A DNA stretch of 64,000 nucleotides, from positions 3,616-67,615 of the forward strand of contig CANHQK010000006.1 of NCBI GenBank assembly GCA_947462765.1, given 5' to 3'. The stretch is from Bdellovibrionales bacterium (lineage in GTDB: Bacteria; Bdellovibrionota; UBA1018; CAIMNF01). Under the pieces are notes generated by a model. The model ran no database searches, was not told the origin of the DNA, and saw only the letters and a program-made list of their open reading frames with translations. This document shows, in pieces, positions 8,942 through 19,606 of this stretch. Position numbers and translations under genes: made by a program. Each line of letters starts with the position of its first letter. Positions within the stretch are counted from its first letter, which is position 1.

Positions 8942-9490
8942 TTAGAGCGCATAGTTGGCTCCGAAGGTGTAAGTCAGGTAACTGATGGTGGCCGAGCTGA
9001 CCATGTAGGTGATGGGCAGACGGAAGAAGGTCGAGACCCCACTGCCGAGATCATACTCAACCCCGGCATGGAGTTGCGCAGAAAAGTACCCGTAGGTGCG
9101 AAAGAGAGTGGCTGAGCGAGAATTGAGGTAAGCGGTTGCGAACCCGATCCCCCCCCCGATCGTCGTGTGGATCTTGTCCGACACTTTGCCCTGGAACTCC
9201 AGGCCTGCCAGAACCGGGAAGATCCTGAATGAACTGTTCGCCTCGGTTTTCAAGGAGAGATTCTGATACGCCACACTTACATAATTCCGAATGGACGGAT
9301 CGAACATGGGGTTCAGATAAATCTTACCGGTGAACCCGAGGTTCGGGTTGAAGTTCTGGGCCGCCGCACCGACTCCTACCGGATAATCCACCGAACCTTC
9401 AACCATGAGGGCGTGCGCTACCCCGGCAAAGCCGAGTTTCAGCAAGGCACAAAGAGCGACTAGACGCAGAGTGTGACGTTTGATCTTCAT
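8942..9490 (-). CDS. Small outer-membrane beta-barrel protein
   Basis: Signal peptide (AHA-L), alternating aromatic/hydrophobic beta strands, C-terminal FGANYAL. Confidence 0.7.
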   Translation of the reverse strand: MKIKRHTLRLVALCALLKLGFAGVAHALMVEGSVDYPVGVGAAAQNFNPNLGFTGKIYLNPMFDPSIRNYVSVAYQNLSLKTEANSSFRIFPVLAGLEFQGKVSDKIHTTIGGGIGFATAYLNSRSATLFRTYGYFSAQLHAGVEYDLGSGVSTFFRLPITYMVSSATISYLTYTFGANYAL

Positions 9491-9561
9491 ACTGCTGACA
9501 TTAGACCAAAGCCATTGAAAATCAACAGGAAAAACCATGAAGATCGTGTTAACCTCCACCC

Positions 9562-10245
9562 ATGATCGATCCGGTCTTCGAGGACGACTTCATTCTTGCC
9601 CTCAACAAACCTTCCGGACTTCCCTCGCAAAACCAAGAGGATCCGGACCAAGACACCGCAGAGCGGCGCGTCAAGACGCACTCACCTGACTTGCCCCCTC
9701 ACCTCCTCCACCGCCTGGATACCGGAACCAGTGGCGTCCTCCTGTTTGCCAAAACCGAGGCGGTCTTCCGGGAGATGAGGGAGAAGTTCCGCAATCGATC
9801 CATTGCCAAGTCCTACCTGGCTTGGAGTCCAACCGGCCTTCCCGCCCGTAAGTTTGACCTTCCTCTCCGAATCGATCTACCTTTGGCTCACCACCCCCAA
9901 AACAAGAAAAAAATGATCGTACTGCCCGAGGGCAAGTTCCGTCGTTATCGTGGCAAGCCCCTTCCGGCCATCACCTGGATCGACTCCATCCGGGAGTGCG
10001 AGATCTCAGGGATACCCTTGCTGAAATTTGCGATCCGGATCGAAACCGGGGTCATGCATCAGATTCGGGTGCACCTCGCGCACTCAGGATTCCCGCTCTT
10101 GGGTGATCCGCTGTACGGAAACCGGGCCGATCCGTCTTCTGGATTCCGGCTCGGTCTGCATGCCCGGTGTGTCGAGTTTGATCTGTACGGAGCACGCTAC
10201 CGAATCCATGCACCCGAACCAGAAACCCTCCAACAAATCCCTTGA
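9562..10245 (+). CDS. RluA-family pseudouridine synthase
   Basis: NKPSGL, HRLDTGTSG, ETGVMHQIRVH, LGDPLYG, LHA. Confidence 0.92.
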   Translation: MIDPVFEDDFILALNKPSGLPSQNQEDPDQDTAERRVKTHSPDLPPHLLHRLDTGTSGVLLFAKTEAVFREMREKFRNRSIAKSYLAWSPTGLPARKFDLPLRIDLPLAHHPQNKKKMIVLPEGKFRRYRGKPLPAITWIDSIRECEISGIPLLKFAIRIETGVMHQIRVHLAHSGFPLLGDPLYGNRADPSSGFRLGLHARCVEFDLYGARYRIHAPEPETLQQIP

Positions 10246-10282
10246 TCCTACCGGAATCTCTGGGGATCATTTCAGCTGACCC

Positions 10283-11404
10283 ATGACAAAACCCAAGATG
10301 ACCCAGGCTCAGAGAAAACGTTTTTTCCTCTTTCTTCCGGCCCTGGTCTGCGGGCTCCTGATTTTTTCCGGACGCCACCACTTCGAGAATCACTTCGGCT
10401 CGAGCCTGGCCCAGGCTGACCTGCATATCGGTTTTGCCCGATTGACCGACACCGAGCGGGATATCGACGAAACCCGAGCGATCACAGACGAAGTCGCATC
10501 CGAAGCGGGAGGGATCGATCCGCATTGGCTGAAGAAAACATCCTCCCCACCGATTCAAAAATCGACTCTGGTGGCGTTGAGAGAACTTCGCGACCGCATC
10601 CGCAAGTGGGCTCCTCGTTGTGATGATGGAATCCTGACCTACCATAGCTGTCCCTACCCGGATGCCCTCCGGCATCTGGGGCTGCTCTGTCTGTCCGGGG
10701 ATTTTCCGTCATGCGAGCAAGTCAGGGAATCTCGCGATGAACAGGGGCGCTTCTGGCGCAGTAAAAGTTTCATCGGATTGGAGAATGAGCCTCTCCCCAG
10801 TTTCTCATCGTCATCGGGTCGCGGGGTCATGGCCTACCTCATCGCCAAGGCGGACCAAAAAACAGCCTCCGATTGGATCACCTACATCCGGAAAAACGAA
10901 GGACGCTTCTGTCCGGATGTCCGGGATCCCGAGAATCAATGCCGGATCCGCGCGTATTTTTGGCACCTGGCCTGGCAACTGAACGAACATTACCGGTTCT
11001 TGGAGGGCGACCAGGCCCTCCGCTACCTGGGGTTCCTGATGGTCCGGAACGAGGAGAACAAGCGTATCGGTCATGAGAAAGCCTACGATCTGCTCGGCAC
11101 GGCTGAGACCATTTACCTGCTTCGTGAAATGAAAAAACGCGGGATCCAGATCTCCGACTCCGACCTGATCGATGCGGTCAGCCTGGTGCTTCATCAGCGT
11201 CATCCGGAGAATGCCATGTTGCGTTTTCTGGTACGCGGCGCGGACGAAGAAACGGCGCGCCTGCTGATCAGTCAGTGCCCCGCCAACAAACCCTTCCCCC
11301 GGGTGGAGGACGGATGGCCCAAATACGACGTAGAGCTCTCACCCAAATCCGCGGGGCATTATTGCATTTTTCTGATCAACCTCCTGCTCGGATCGGCAAA
11401 GTAG
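10283..11404 (+). CDS. Membrane-anchored Cys-rich hypothetical protein
   Basis: N-terminal TM anchor; GLLCLSG...C.QV...GRFWRS; long ORF filling the intergenic space. Confidence 0.65.
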   Translation: MTKPKMTQAQRKRFFLFLPALVCGLLIFSGRHHFENHFGSSLAQADLHIGFARLTDTERDIDETRAITDEVASEAGGIDPHWLKKTSSPPIQKSTLVALRELRDRIRKWAPRCDDGILTYHSCPYPDALRHLGLLCLSGDFPSCEQVRESRDEQGRFWRSKSFIGLENEPLPSFSSSSGRGVMAYLIAKADQKTASDWITYIRKNEGRFCPDVRDPENQCRIRAYFWHLAWQLNEHYRFLEGDQALRYLGFLMVRNEENKRIGHEKAYDLLGTAETIYLLREMKKRGIQISDSDLIDAVSLVLHQRHPENAMLRFLVRGADEETARLLISQCPANKPFPRVEDGWPKYDVELSPKSAGHYCIFLINLLLGSAK

Positions 11405-11436
11405 ATTTTTAGTCCTGCCTCAGGTACGGTTCATCC

Positions 11437-12429
11437 ATGACCTCACATCCCCGTGTTGCCATCACCGCAGTGGGCGGCTATGTCCCCGAGACACGCCTCA
11501 CCAATCAAGATCTCGAGAAAATGGTGGAAACCCAGGATGAGTGGATCCGGACCCGGACCGGGATCCGCGAACGCCGGATCCTGAACGAGCCGGGTAAAGC
11601 CACGTCGGATCTGATTGTGCCCGCGGTGATCGAGCTGTGCCAAAAACGTGGAATCACGCCCCTCGAGATCGACTGCCTGATCGTCGCCACCGTGACCGGG
11701 GACTACCCGTTTCCGTCGACAGCGAACCTGGTCTGTGACCGGATCGGCGCAAAAAACGCTTGGGGCTATGATCTCTCGGGCGCATGCTCTGGATTCCTCT
11801 ACGCCTTGACCTCGGGCGCCGCCCTGATCGAAAGCGGAAGGTATCGCAAAGTGGTGGTGGTCGGTGCGGACAAAATGAGTTCGATCATCGATTATCAAGA
11901 TCGCAACACCTGCATCATCTTCGGCGATGGTGCCGGTGCCGTTCTGCTGGAACCGACGGATTCGGGTTTGGGCATCGGTGATAGCGTGCTCAAGAGCGAT
12001 GGCTCGGGCGTGAAGTACCTCCGAACCGAAGCCGGTGGCTCGCTCCTTCCTCCGAGTTTAGAAACAGTCCGGGCACGCCAGCATTTCGTCAAACAGGAAG
12101 GCGCCGCCGTCTACAAATTTGCAGTGAAAGGCATGGCCGATGTGGCCCTCGAACTGATGGAACGCAACCACCTCAAGCCGGAAGACATCACCTGGCTGGT
12201 TCCCCACCAGGCCAACATCAGGATCATCGAGTCGACCGCCGACCGGGCAGGAATCCCGATGGAGCGGGTCATGGTCAATATCGAAAAGTTCGGCAATACG
12301 ACGGCTGCTACCCTACCCCTTTGCTTGTGGGAGTGGGAACCACGTCTGAAAAAGGGCGATCGCCTGGTGCTGGTGGCCTTCGGTGGCGGTTTCACTTGGG
12401 GCGCGACATTGGTCGAGTGGGCTTATTGA
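11437..12429 (+). CDS. fabH: 3-oxoacyl-ACP synthase III
   Basis: GACSGF (Cys), VPHQAN (His), FGNT (Asn), FGGGFTWG. Confidence 0.96.
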   Translation: MTSHPRVAITAVGGYVPETRLTNQDLEKMVETQDEWIRTRTGIRERRILNEPGKATSDLIVPAVIELCQKRGITPLEIDCLIVATVTGDYPFPSTANLVCDRIGAKNAWGYDLSGACSGFLYALTSGAALIESGRYRKVVVVGADKMSSIIDYQDRNTCIIFGDGAGAVLLEPTDSGLGIGDSVLKSDGSGVKYLRTEAGGSLLPPSLETVRARQHFVKQEGAAVYKFAVKGMADVALELMERNHLKPEDITWLVPHQANIRIIESTADRAGIPMERVMVNIEKFGNTTAATLPLCLWEWEPRLKKGDRLVLVAFGGGFTWGATLVEWAY

Positions 12430-12444
12430 CCGGGACGGATAGAT

Positions 12445-15400
12445 TCAACTGCACCCGATACTATTGCCGCAATTCAGGCACCTGAAGCAAGCACCACTGC
12501 GGACCGTCCGGTGACCACAGGCCTCGCAAAGCGGAGCCTCAGCGGTCAGTCCGGCCAGGCGCTCTTCCATACCGGCCCCCATCATTTCCTGCCGGGGAGC
12601 TGCAGCTGCGGGCTTCACTTGCAGGAAATCTGTTCTTCCGAGGTATTCCATTCCGAGCACCCGGAACACGTAGTCCACCATCGACGTCGCCATCTTCACA
12701 TTCGGATGACCTGTAACCGGCCCGGCCGGTTCAAAACGGGTGAAGGTGAACTTCTCGACGAACTCGGATAGCGGAACCCCGTATTGGAGCCCGAGGCTGA
12801 TCGAGATAGCAAAGCAATCCAGCATTGCACGCTGAAACTCGTTTCCATGATCCAGATCGATGAAGACCTCACCGAGGCGTCCATCCTCATATTCACCGGT
12901 CCTGAGATACACCTTGTTTCCTGAAACGGCCGCCTCGACCGTGAGACCTTTCCGTTTGGCAGTGAGACGGTGCCTCACGCCGACCGTTTCGTGGCCTGCC
13001 TTCCCGGGAGCACTGGTAGACAAAGGTTGGGACCACTTACAACCGTCCCGATAGATGGCAACCGCTTTCAGACCGAGCGACCAGGCCTGAAGGTGAATCT
13101 CTTCGATTTCCTCGATGGTAGTCCGGTTCGGAAGATTCACCGTCTTTGAAATCGCGCCAGACAAAAAGGGCTGGGTCGCCGCCATCATCCGGATGTGTCC
13201 CAGGGGAGCGATCAGCCTGGTCCCCTTGCGTCCACAGGGGTTGGCGCAATCGAATACAGGAAGGTGTTCTGGCAACAAATGTGGCGCACCTTCGATACCG
13301 AGCGTCCCGCATACCACCGAGTTCGCCTCATCGATTTGTGCCGGACTCAACCCGGCCCATTCCAGAAAATTGAACCCCGCGGATTGGAAATCCGTCTCCC
13401 CCACGCCGATCCTCAGCAAGCATCGGTCACCCAGAGCCAGACGGGTGAAGGCACTCCTCAGGTCGAGGACCCCCGGAAGGCTTGCTTCGATCTTACGGAT
13501 CTCCTCCTCGGTGAGTCCCCGGGAGCGGAGAAAGTCTTCGTTCACATATGGCGCGCGCGAATCGAGCTTTTGAATCCCCACTAGCGTTTCCAGAATATCT
13601 CTGACTTGGGCGTCCGTGTAACCGAGGTTCCTGAGCGCTCCGCTCACGGATTGATTGACGATCTTGAATACACCGCCTCCGGCCAGCTTCTTGAATTTCA
13701 CGAGGGCGAAATCCGGTTCAATTCCGGTCGTATCGCAATCCATGAGTAGACCGATGGTTCCAGTCGGCGCTAAAACACTCACCTGAGCATTCCGGTAGCC
13801 TGAGTGCTCACCGATGCTCAGCGCACGGTCCCAGCATTCCGATACCGCGTCGAGGACTTCGGAATCCACCCCACCCCGATCGATCCTGCCAATGGCCTCC
13901 CGGTGCTTACGGATCACCCCGAGCATCGAGTCTCGATTGGGGGCATATCCCTCAAAGGGGCCGATCACCTGGGCCATTTCGGCACTCACCGTATAAGCCT
14001 CACCGGTCAGGATGGCGGTGAGAGCGGCGGCCCATGCCCGCCCCCTCTCCGAGTCGTAAGGAACCCCCTTCAACATCAGAAGCGTGCCAAGATTGGCGTA
14101 ACCGAGACCGAGGGGCCGGTAATCGTGAGAGTTCCTGGCGATCTTGGATGTGGGATAGCTGGAATGATCCACCAGAATCTCCTGTGCGAGGATCAGGATG
14201 CGGATGGCATGACGGTAAAGTTCAACATTGAATGTTGCATCCGGGTTCAGGAACCGCGTCAAGTTCAACGAGGCCAGATTACAGGCGCTATCGTCCAAGA
14301 ACATGTATTCCGAGCAAGGATTCGAAGCCCGGATCGGTCCACTCGCCGGACAAGTGTGCCACGAATTGATGGTGGTATCGAACTGGAGTCCCGGATCCGC
14401 ACAGGACCATGCAGCCTCAGCGATCTTCCTCCAGAGGTCTCGCGCGCGATGGGTATCGATGACCGATCCATCCACCCGGGAGAGTGTCTGCCAGTCACCA
14501 TCTTCCAGGACCGCTTTCATAAACGCATCCGTGACCCGCACCGAGTTGTTCGAATTCTGACCCGATACGGTCCGATAGGCCTCGCCATTGAAGTCGGGAC
14601 TGTAGCCGGCAGCAACAAGCGCGGCCACTTTTTGCTCCTCCCTCATCTTCCATTCAATGAAGTCCATGATCTCGGGATGATCCAGATCCAGACAGACCAT
14701 CTTCGCCGCTCGACGGGTGATCCCTCCTGACTTGGTCGCACCGGCTCCGCGGTCGAGCACATCCAGAAAGCTCATCAAGCCCGAGGAATAACCCCCACCC
14801 GAGAGTTTTTCCTGGCGTCCACGGATCTTCGAGAAATTGGTTCCGGTTCCCGAACCGTACTTGAATAATCGGGCCTCGTTTTTCATCAAATCGAAAATCG
14901 ACATCAGATCGTCATCCACCGACTGGATGAAACAGGCCGAACACTGCGGATGCTCATAGGCATCGTTCATCTCTCGAATCTTCTGAGTGACCGGATCATA
15001 CGCATGGTTCCCGCCACTGCCCCGGATACCGTATTGCTCATGGAGACCGAGATTGAACCAGACCGGGGAATTGAACGCGGCAAATTGATGCAACAGCAGA
15101 AACGCGAGCTCGTCTTGAAAAACGCCACGATCGGCGTCCGAGAGCAGGCCGGCACGGACTCCGCCGCCTCCCAAGGCTGAAACAATTCTCCGGATCACCT
15201 GTTTGACCGAAGTCTCATGCCCCGTATCCGGCACGCCTGCTTTGCGGAAGTACTTTGAAACCAGGATGTCGACGGCCAGTTGTGACCAGGACTCAGGCAC
15301 CTCGAGCCCCTTCATTTCAAAAACAACCCTGCCATCGTGGTCCTGGATTTTTGAATCCGCGAGGGTCATTCGGGTGTGTTCAATCGGATCTTGACCCTCC

Positions 15401-15456
15401 TTCGAGAACCTGCGGGAGAGTCTCATTCGAGATCGATTCGAATCCGCCTGGTTCAT
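12445..15456 (-). CDS. nrdJ: Class II (B12-dependent) ribonucleotide reductase with C-terminal TSCPD domain and Zn ribbon
   Basis: FNSPVWFN, SACFI, SNPCSEY, APTGTI, YRDGCK, terminal CEAC...CLNC...GCS. Confidence 0.95.
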   Translation of the reverse strand: MNQADSNRSRMRLSRRFSKEGQDPIEHTRMTLADSKIQDHDGRVVFEMKGLEVPESWSQLAVDILVSKYFRKAGVPDTGHETSVKQVIRRIVSALGGGGVRAGLLSDADRGVFQDELAFLLLHQFAAFNSPVWFNLGLHEQYGIRGSGGNHAYDPVTQKIREMNDAYEHPQCSACFIQSVDDDLMSIFDLMKNEARLFKYGSGTGTNFSKIRGRQEKLSGGGYSSGLMSFLDVLDRGAGATKSGGITRRAAKMVCLDLDHPEIMDFIEWKMREEQKVAALVAAGYSPDFNGEAYRTVSGQNSNNSVRVTDAFMKAVLEDGDWQTLSRVDGSVIDTHRARDLWRKIAEAAWSCADPGLQFDTTINSWHTCPASGPIRASNPCSEYMFLDDSACNLASLNLTRFLNPDATFNVELYRHAIRILILAQEILVDHSSYPTSKIARNSHDYRPLGLGYANLGTLLMLKGVPYDSERGRAWAAALTAILTGEAYTVSAEMAQVIGPFEGYAPNRDSMLGVIRKHREAIGRIDRGGVDSEVLDAVSECWDRALSIGEHSGYRNAQVSVLAPTGTIGLLMDCDTTGIEPDFALVKFKKLAGGGVFKIVNQSVSGALRNLGYTDAQVRDILETLVGIQKLDSRAPYVNEDFLRSRGLTEEEIRKIEASLPGVLDLRSAFTRLALGDRCLLRIGVGETDFQSAGFNFLEWAGLSPAQIDEANSVVCGTLGIEGAPHLLPEHLPVFDCANPCGRKGTRLIAPLGHIRMMAATQPFLSGAISKTVNLPNRTTIEEIEEIHLQAWSLGLKAVAIYRDGCKWSQPLSTSAPGKAGHETVGVRHRLTAKRKGLTVEAAVSGNKVYLRTGEYEDGRLGEVFIDLDHGNEFQRAMLDCFAISISLGLQYGVPLSEFVEKFTFTRFEPAGPVTGHPNVKMATSMVDYVFRVLGMEYLGRTDFLQVKPAAAAPRQEMMGAGMEERLAGLTAEAPLCEACGHRTVRSGACFRCLNCGNSIGCS

Positions 15457-15613
15457 CTAGTTCCCCCCGAATGGTTCACTCCTGATTTTGCCGGACGCTC
15501 CGCTCCCTGTCCAGCGGGGACAGTGTCCGGATCTTGACGCTTTCTTCCGGACTTCAGTCCATAGCGACATCAACCGAACAGTGAATGACCACGCTTTGCC
15601 ATTCTGTCCGACC

Positions 15614-17641
15614 ATGAGTGAAAAAGACCTCTTCAATCACCGCGATTTAAGCTGGCTCGAGTTTAATGCAAGGGTTCTCCACGAGGCGCTCGATGAGCGG
15701 ACTCCCCTGTTCGAGAGGGTCAGGTTTCTCGGAATCTTCCAATCCAATCTGGATGAGTACTTCATGAAACGGATGGGATCGCTTTACTCTCATGCCCGGC
15801 TTCACTTCCGGAAGCAGTTGCTTCCCCTCCTATCCGATCTCAGAAACTGCTTCGAGCGTGAACTCATCCCGGAACTGAAGAGCGCGGGGATCCACCTCTT
15901 GCACTGGAAAGAGCTTTCCTCCGATGAGCGAGAACGGGCCAATCATTTTTTCAGACACCAGATTTTCCCCGTCCTGACTCCGTTTGCCGTCGACTCAGGC
16001 CATCCCTTTCCTTTTGTTTCCAACTTGTCGATCTCGCTCGGCGTCTTCCTGAATTACCCGGGGCGCGAGGATGAAACCCAATTCGCCCGGATCAAGGTCC
16101 CGAATGTGTTTCCCCAATGGATCCGGGTCGATGGCAAAAAGGACCCGAAGCACGCCCGTTTCCTGTCAGTGCTCGAACTGATCGGGGCCAACGTCGACTC
16201 CCTCTTTCCGGGAATGGAAATCCGCGACATGATGCCGTTCCGGGTGACCCGGAATACCAACATCGAGGCCGATCCGGAAGAGTCAGACGACCTGCTCGAA
16301 GCCATCTCGACGGAACTGAAAGAACGTAAATTCGGCGATGTGGTCCGCCTTGAATATGCCGGCAAGGGCCATCCGCTCATGCTTGAAATGTTGCGGGACG
16401 AGCTGCACCTCGATGAGGATCAGGTCTACTGCGTCCAAGGATTGCTCGAATACGGATCGCTGAAACCGGTTCTGGAACTGAATCGCCCGGAGTTCAAATT
16501 CGAACCCTGGATCCCGGTACCCGTGCCCGCCCTTTCCGATCCGGATCGAGACATCTTCCAAACCATCAAACACCATGACATTCTCGTCCATCATCCCTAT
16601 GAAAGCTTCACCGGGTCTGTCGAACGATTCATCCGTGCGGCGGTCAACGACCCGAGAGTGACCGCTATCAAGATGACTCTCTACCGGACCGGAGCCGACA
16701 GCCCTCTGATCCCTCTGCTGAAAAAAGCCGCGGAGTTGGGCAAGCACGTGGTCTGCCTGGTCGAGCTCAAGGCCCGATTCGACGAGGAAAAAAACATCCT
16801 CGTCGCCCAGAGTCTCGAGGACTCGGGAGTCCATGTCGTTTACGGGGTGATCGGCCTCAAAACCCACTGCAAAACCACCCTGGTGGTCCGACAGGAGGGC
16901 GACGAAATGAGGAGCTATTGCCACATCGGCACGGGCAACTATCACTCCGTGACCTCGCGCCTTTACACGGACTTCGGTCTCTTCACCTGCAAAAGGGAGA
17001 TCGCCGAAGATGTGGTGAATCTCTTCCACTTCCTGACCGGAAAATCCCTCAAAAAAGACTACCACAAACTCCTGGTTGCACCGCTCACCCTGAAGGAGCA
17101 ATTCCTCCGTCGCATCCAACGCGAAACAGCGAATGCAAAAAAGGGTCTCCCCGCAAGGATTATCGCCAAAGTGAACAGTCTCGATGAGCGGGATATCAGC
17201 CATGCGCTCTATGAAGCCTCGGAAGCCGGAGTCAGGATTGATCTCATCGTTCGAGGCCTCTGTTGCCTGAGACCCGGAGTGAAAGGCCTGAGCTCAAATA
17301 TCCGCGTTTTCTCTGTCATCGGGCGTTTCCTCGAGCACTCGAGGATCTTTTACTTCCAGAATGGCGAAAAAGATGCGGTCAACGGCGAGTTTTTCATCGG
17401 CTCAGCCGATTGGATGCAACGTAACCTGATTGCGCGAGTCGAAGCCGTAGCCCCGATCGAAGAGCTCCAGCACAGGGAGCGCATCCTTGACTTCCTGAAC
17501 CTTCTCATCGAGGACCACCGTCAGGGATGGGAGATGAAGCCGGACGGAACCTATAAAAAAAGAAAAGTGAAACACCCGAAAAGGGACCTGGGCACTCATC
17601 AGATCTTGATGCAAAAAGCTCGGGGAAAGCCTGTAACCTGA
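15614..17641 (+). CDS. ppk1: Polyphosphate kinase 1
   Basis: NHRDLSWLEFN, HPFP, HHPYESF, ELKARFDE, KTHCK, GRFLEHSR, SADWMQRNL. Confidence 0.96.
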   Translation: MSEKDLFNHRDLSWLEFNARVLHEALDERTPLFERVRFLGIFQSNLDEYFMKRMGSLYSHARLHFRKQLLPLLSDLRNCFERELIPELKSAGIHLLHWKELSSDERERANHFFRHQIFPVLTPFAVDSGHPFPFVSNLSISLGVFLNYPGREDETQFARIKVPNVFPQWIRVDGKKDPKHARFLSVLELIGANVDSLFPGMEIRDMMPFRVTRNTNIEADPEESDDLLEAISTELKERKFGDVVRLEYAGKGHPLMLEMLRDELHLDEDQVYCVQGLLEYGSLKPVLELNRPEFKFEPWIPVPVPALSDPDRDIFQTIKHHDILVHHPYESFTGSVERFIRAAVNDPRVTAIKMTLYRTGADSPLIPLLKKAAELGKHVVCLVELKARFDEEKNILVAQSLEDSGVHVVYGVIGLKTHCKTTLVVRQEGDEMRSYCHIGTGNYHSVTSRLYTDFGLFTCKREIAEDVVNLFHFLTGKSLKKDYHKLLVAPLTLKEQFLRRIQRETANAKKGLPARIIAKVNSLDERDISHALYEASEAGVRIDLIVRGLCCLRPGVKGLSSNIRVFSVIGRFLEHSRIFYFQNGEKDAVNGEFFIGSADWMQRNLIARVEAVAPIEELQHRERILDFLNLLIEDHRQGWEMKPDGTYKKRKVKHPKRDLGTHQILMQKARGKPVT

Positions 17642-17653
17642 AGGAAACCGATC

Positions 17654-18112
17654 ATGAAAAATCCTCCTCTCATCCTATGGACCATCCTGTTCATCTCGCA
17701 GTTCTTCTATGCCGCGGTACTGGAGTCCGTGGTGAAAACGCCCGAGCCGGATCCCCAAACGCTTTCGATCCTGGAATCCCCTGTGATCATCGCACTGGCA
17801 GTGATGGCAACGGGTACGCTCGCCATTGCGTGGATGATTCCGAAACTGCTTTGGAAACAGGCATCAAAAAAACTCCCGCCTGCTGAGAAACTTGCGGAAT
17901 CGGACTTGCTCGAGGGGTTTTTCACTGGATTCGTGGTGAGACTCGCCCTACTCGAAAGTGTCTGTCTGTACGGTTTCGTTGCGGGCTTTCTCCAAAAACA
18001 ACCGTCGCTCATCCTCCCCTTCCTCGGGGCCTCCGTGGCGGGGTTTGTCGTGAATTTCCCGAACCGGACCTTCATCCGGAAAACCCTCGGGAAAGACCTT
18101 CAGGGATTTTGA
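17654..18112 (+). CDS. Hypothetical membrane protein (about 4 TM)
   Basis: RBS aagga right after the ppk stop; hydrophobic segments. Confidence 0.7.
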   Translation: MKNPPLILWTILFISQFFYAAVLESVVKTPEPDPQTLSILESPVIIALAVMATGTLAIAWMIPKLLWKQASKKLPPAEKLAESDLLEGFFTGFVVRLALLESVCLYGFVAGFLQKQPSLILPFLGASVAGFVVNFPNRTFIRKTLGKDLQGF

Positions 18113-18115
18113 ATC

Positions 18116-19606
18116 TCAGTCCTTGGCAACGAACTCATGATTGGAGAGGTAGCTGTAAAAGCGGCTTCTCCCGTCAATCGTGGTCTCGATATGGACCGGG
18201 CGCTTCCACATCATGAAGATCGATCGCATCGTCTCACGGGCATAACGCAAATCCAGGTCACCACCGAGGTGCTTATGCGCCAATAACAGCTCGCCACGGT
18301 TCTCGTGGTTGGCATTCACCACTGAAATATGGGGTTGTCCTTGATTGGTGAGCGAGGAGAGCAGTTTCTCTTTGACACTCTTGAAATCACGATCGGTGAT
18401 CTCGTACTGGCCTGTCCGGCGGTTCAATTCATAGGAGTACAGCCGGAATCGATCTACAAACTCAGGGGTGATGTATTCATCGATGAAGGTCACATCATTG
18501 CAAACCTTCCTGACCTCGAAGATCTTCTGGCGTCCCAGACCGAGCTTCTTATCCCAATGGGCACGTTCTCTCAGATCGGAGCAATCCTCAAAGGCTTTGC
18601 CAAAACGTCCCCGGTTCCAGCGATCTTCGATATCACGAAACAGCTCGATACCGATTTTGTAAGGATTGATGCGCCCGGGAGCCATGGCAGTCACGCCCGC
18701 ATGGTGATCGGCAAAGTCGAGAATTTCGCTGTCTTTCAGAGCCTTTTTGGTCATGATCTCGGAGTGCCAGTAAGAAGCCCAGCCCTCGTTCATGATCTTG
18801 GTCTGCATTTGAGGCACGAAATAATAAGCCTCGTCTCGGATCATCCGGAGAACATCGGCCTGCCACTCGGATAAAGGAGCATTCTGCAGCAAGAAGAGCA
18901 TGATGTCCCGGACCGGAGCTTCTGGGAACACCTGCCGCTGACGGCTCTGCTCCTCGAGCTTCTTGCGTTGAGCTTCCACGAACTCAGGCGGGTTGATGTA
19001 GCGGTCCATGTAAGACCGTTCCACCTTCAGTTTCCCTGTCTCGGAAGGTTTTTGATCCTCTTCCCTCTTGGCCGACTTCGGGGACTCGAAAGGGAGATGC
19101 GGATCGATCAAATTGTCGAGACTCAGACAGAGGTCGATAAAACTCTCGACCTCGTCCTGTCCGACATCATCCATGTATTGCCTGATTCTGACAGCATGGT
19201 TGGCCATCGTATCGAGCATTTTCCTGTTGGTCTTGGAGAACCAGATGTTGTTCTTGAAGAAATCCACATGCCCGTACACATGGGCCATGACCATCTTCTG
19301 GTCGACATACGAATTGGAGCTCATCAAGTAGGCATAAGAAGGATTGGTGTTGATCACCATCTCGTAGATCTTGGAGAGACCCCACTCATAGCCTTTCGAG
19401 TATTGGTCGTAATTCATCCCGAAACGCCAATGCGGATAACGGACCGGGAACCCCTCCTGGGCCGCAAGGGCGTTGATGGCATCCGATGGAACCATCTCGA
19501 AAATCGTTTCAAAAAAATCGAGACCGAATCCCTCTGCAAACCCGCGAATCTCCTCCTGAAGCCGTGAGAGTTCGAGTGGAAGCTGGGTCGAGCGGATACC
19601 CATCAT
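18116..19606 (-). CDS. spoVR: SpoVR family protein
   Basis: [48 protein letters not shown]. Confidence 0.95.
   Translation of the reverse strand: MMGIRSTQLPLELSRLQEEIRGFAEGFGLDFFETIFEMVPSDAINALAAQEGFPVRYPHWRFGMNYDQYSKGYEWGLSKIYEMVINTNPSYAYLMSSNSYVDQKMVMAHVYGHVDFFKNNIWFSKTNRKMLDTMANHAVRIRQYMDDVGQDEVESFIDLCLSLDNLIDPHLPFESPKSAKREEDQKPSETGKLKVERSYMDRYINPPEFVEAQRKKLEEQSRQRQVFPEAPVRDIMLFLLQNAPLSEWQADVLRMIRDEAYYFVPQMQTKIMNEGWASYWHSEIMTKKALKDSEILDFADHHAGVTAMAPGRINPYKIGIELFRDIEDRWNRGRFGKAFEDCSDLRERAHWDKKLGLGRQKIFEVRKVCNDVTFIDEYITPEFVDRFRLYSYELNRRTGQYEITDRDFKSVKEKLLSSLTNQGQPHISVVNANHENRGELLLAHKHLGGDLDLRYARETMRSIFMMWKRPVHIETTIDGRSRFYSYLSNHEFVAKD

Noticed and set aside
15437-15445. tRNA T-loop-like TTCGAATCC
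   Set aside because: Lies inside nrdJ and no cloverleaf can be formed
15457-15613. NrdR box or cobalamin riboswitch upstream of nrdJ
   Set aside because: No matching consensus seen, only short GC-rich inverted repeats
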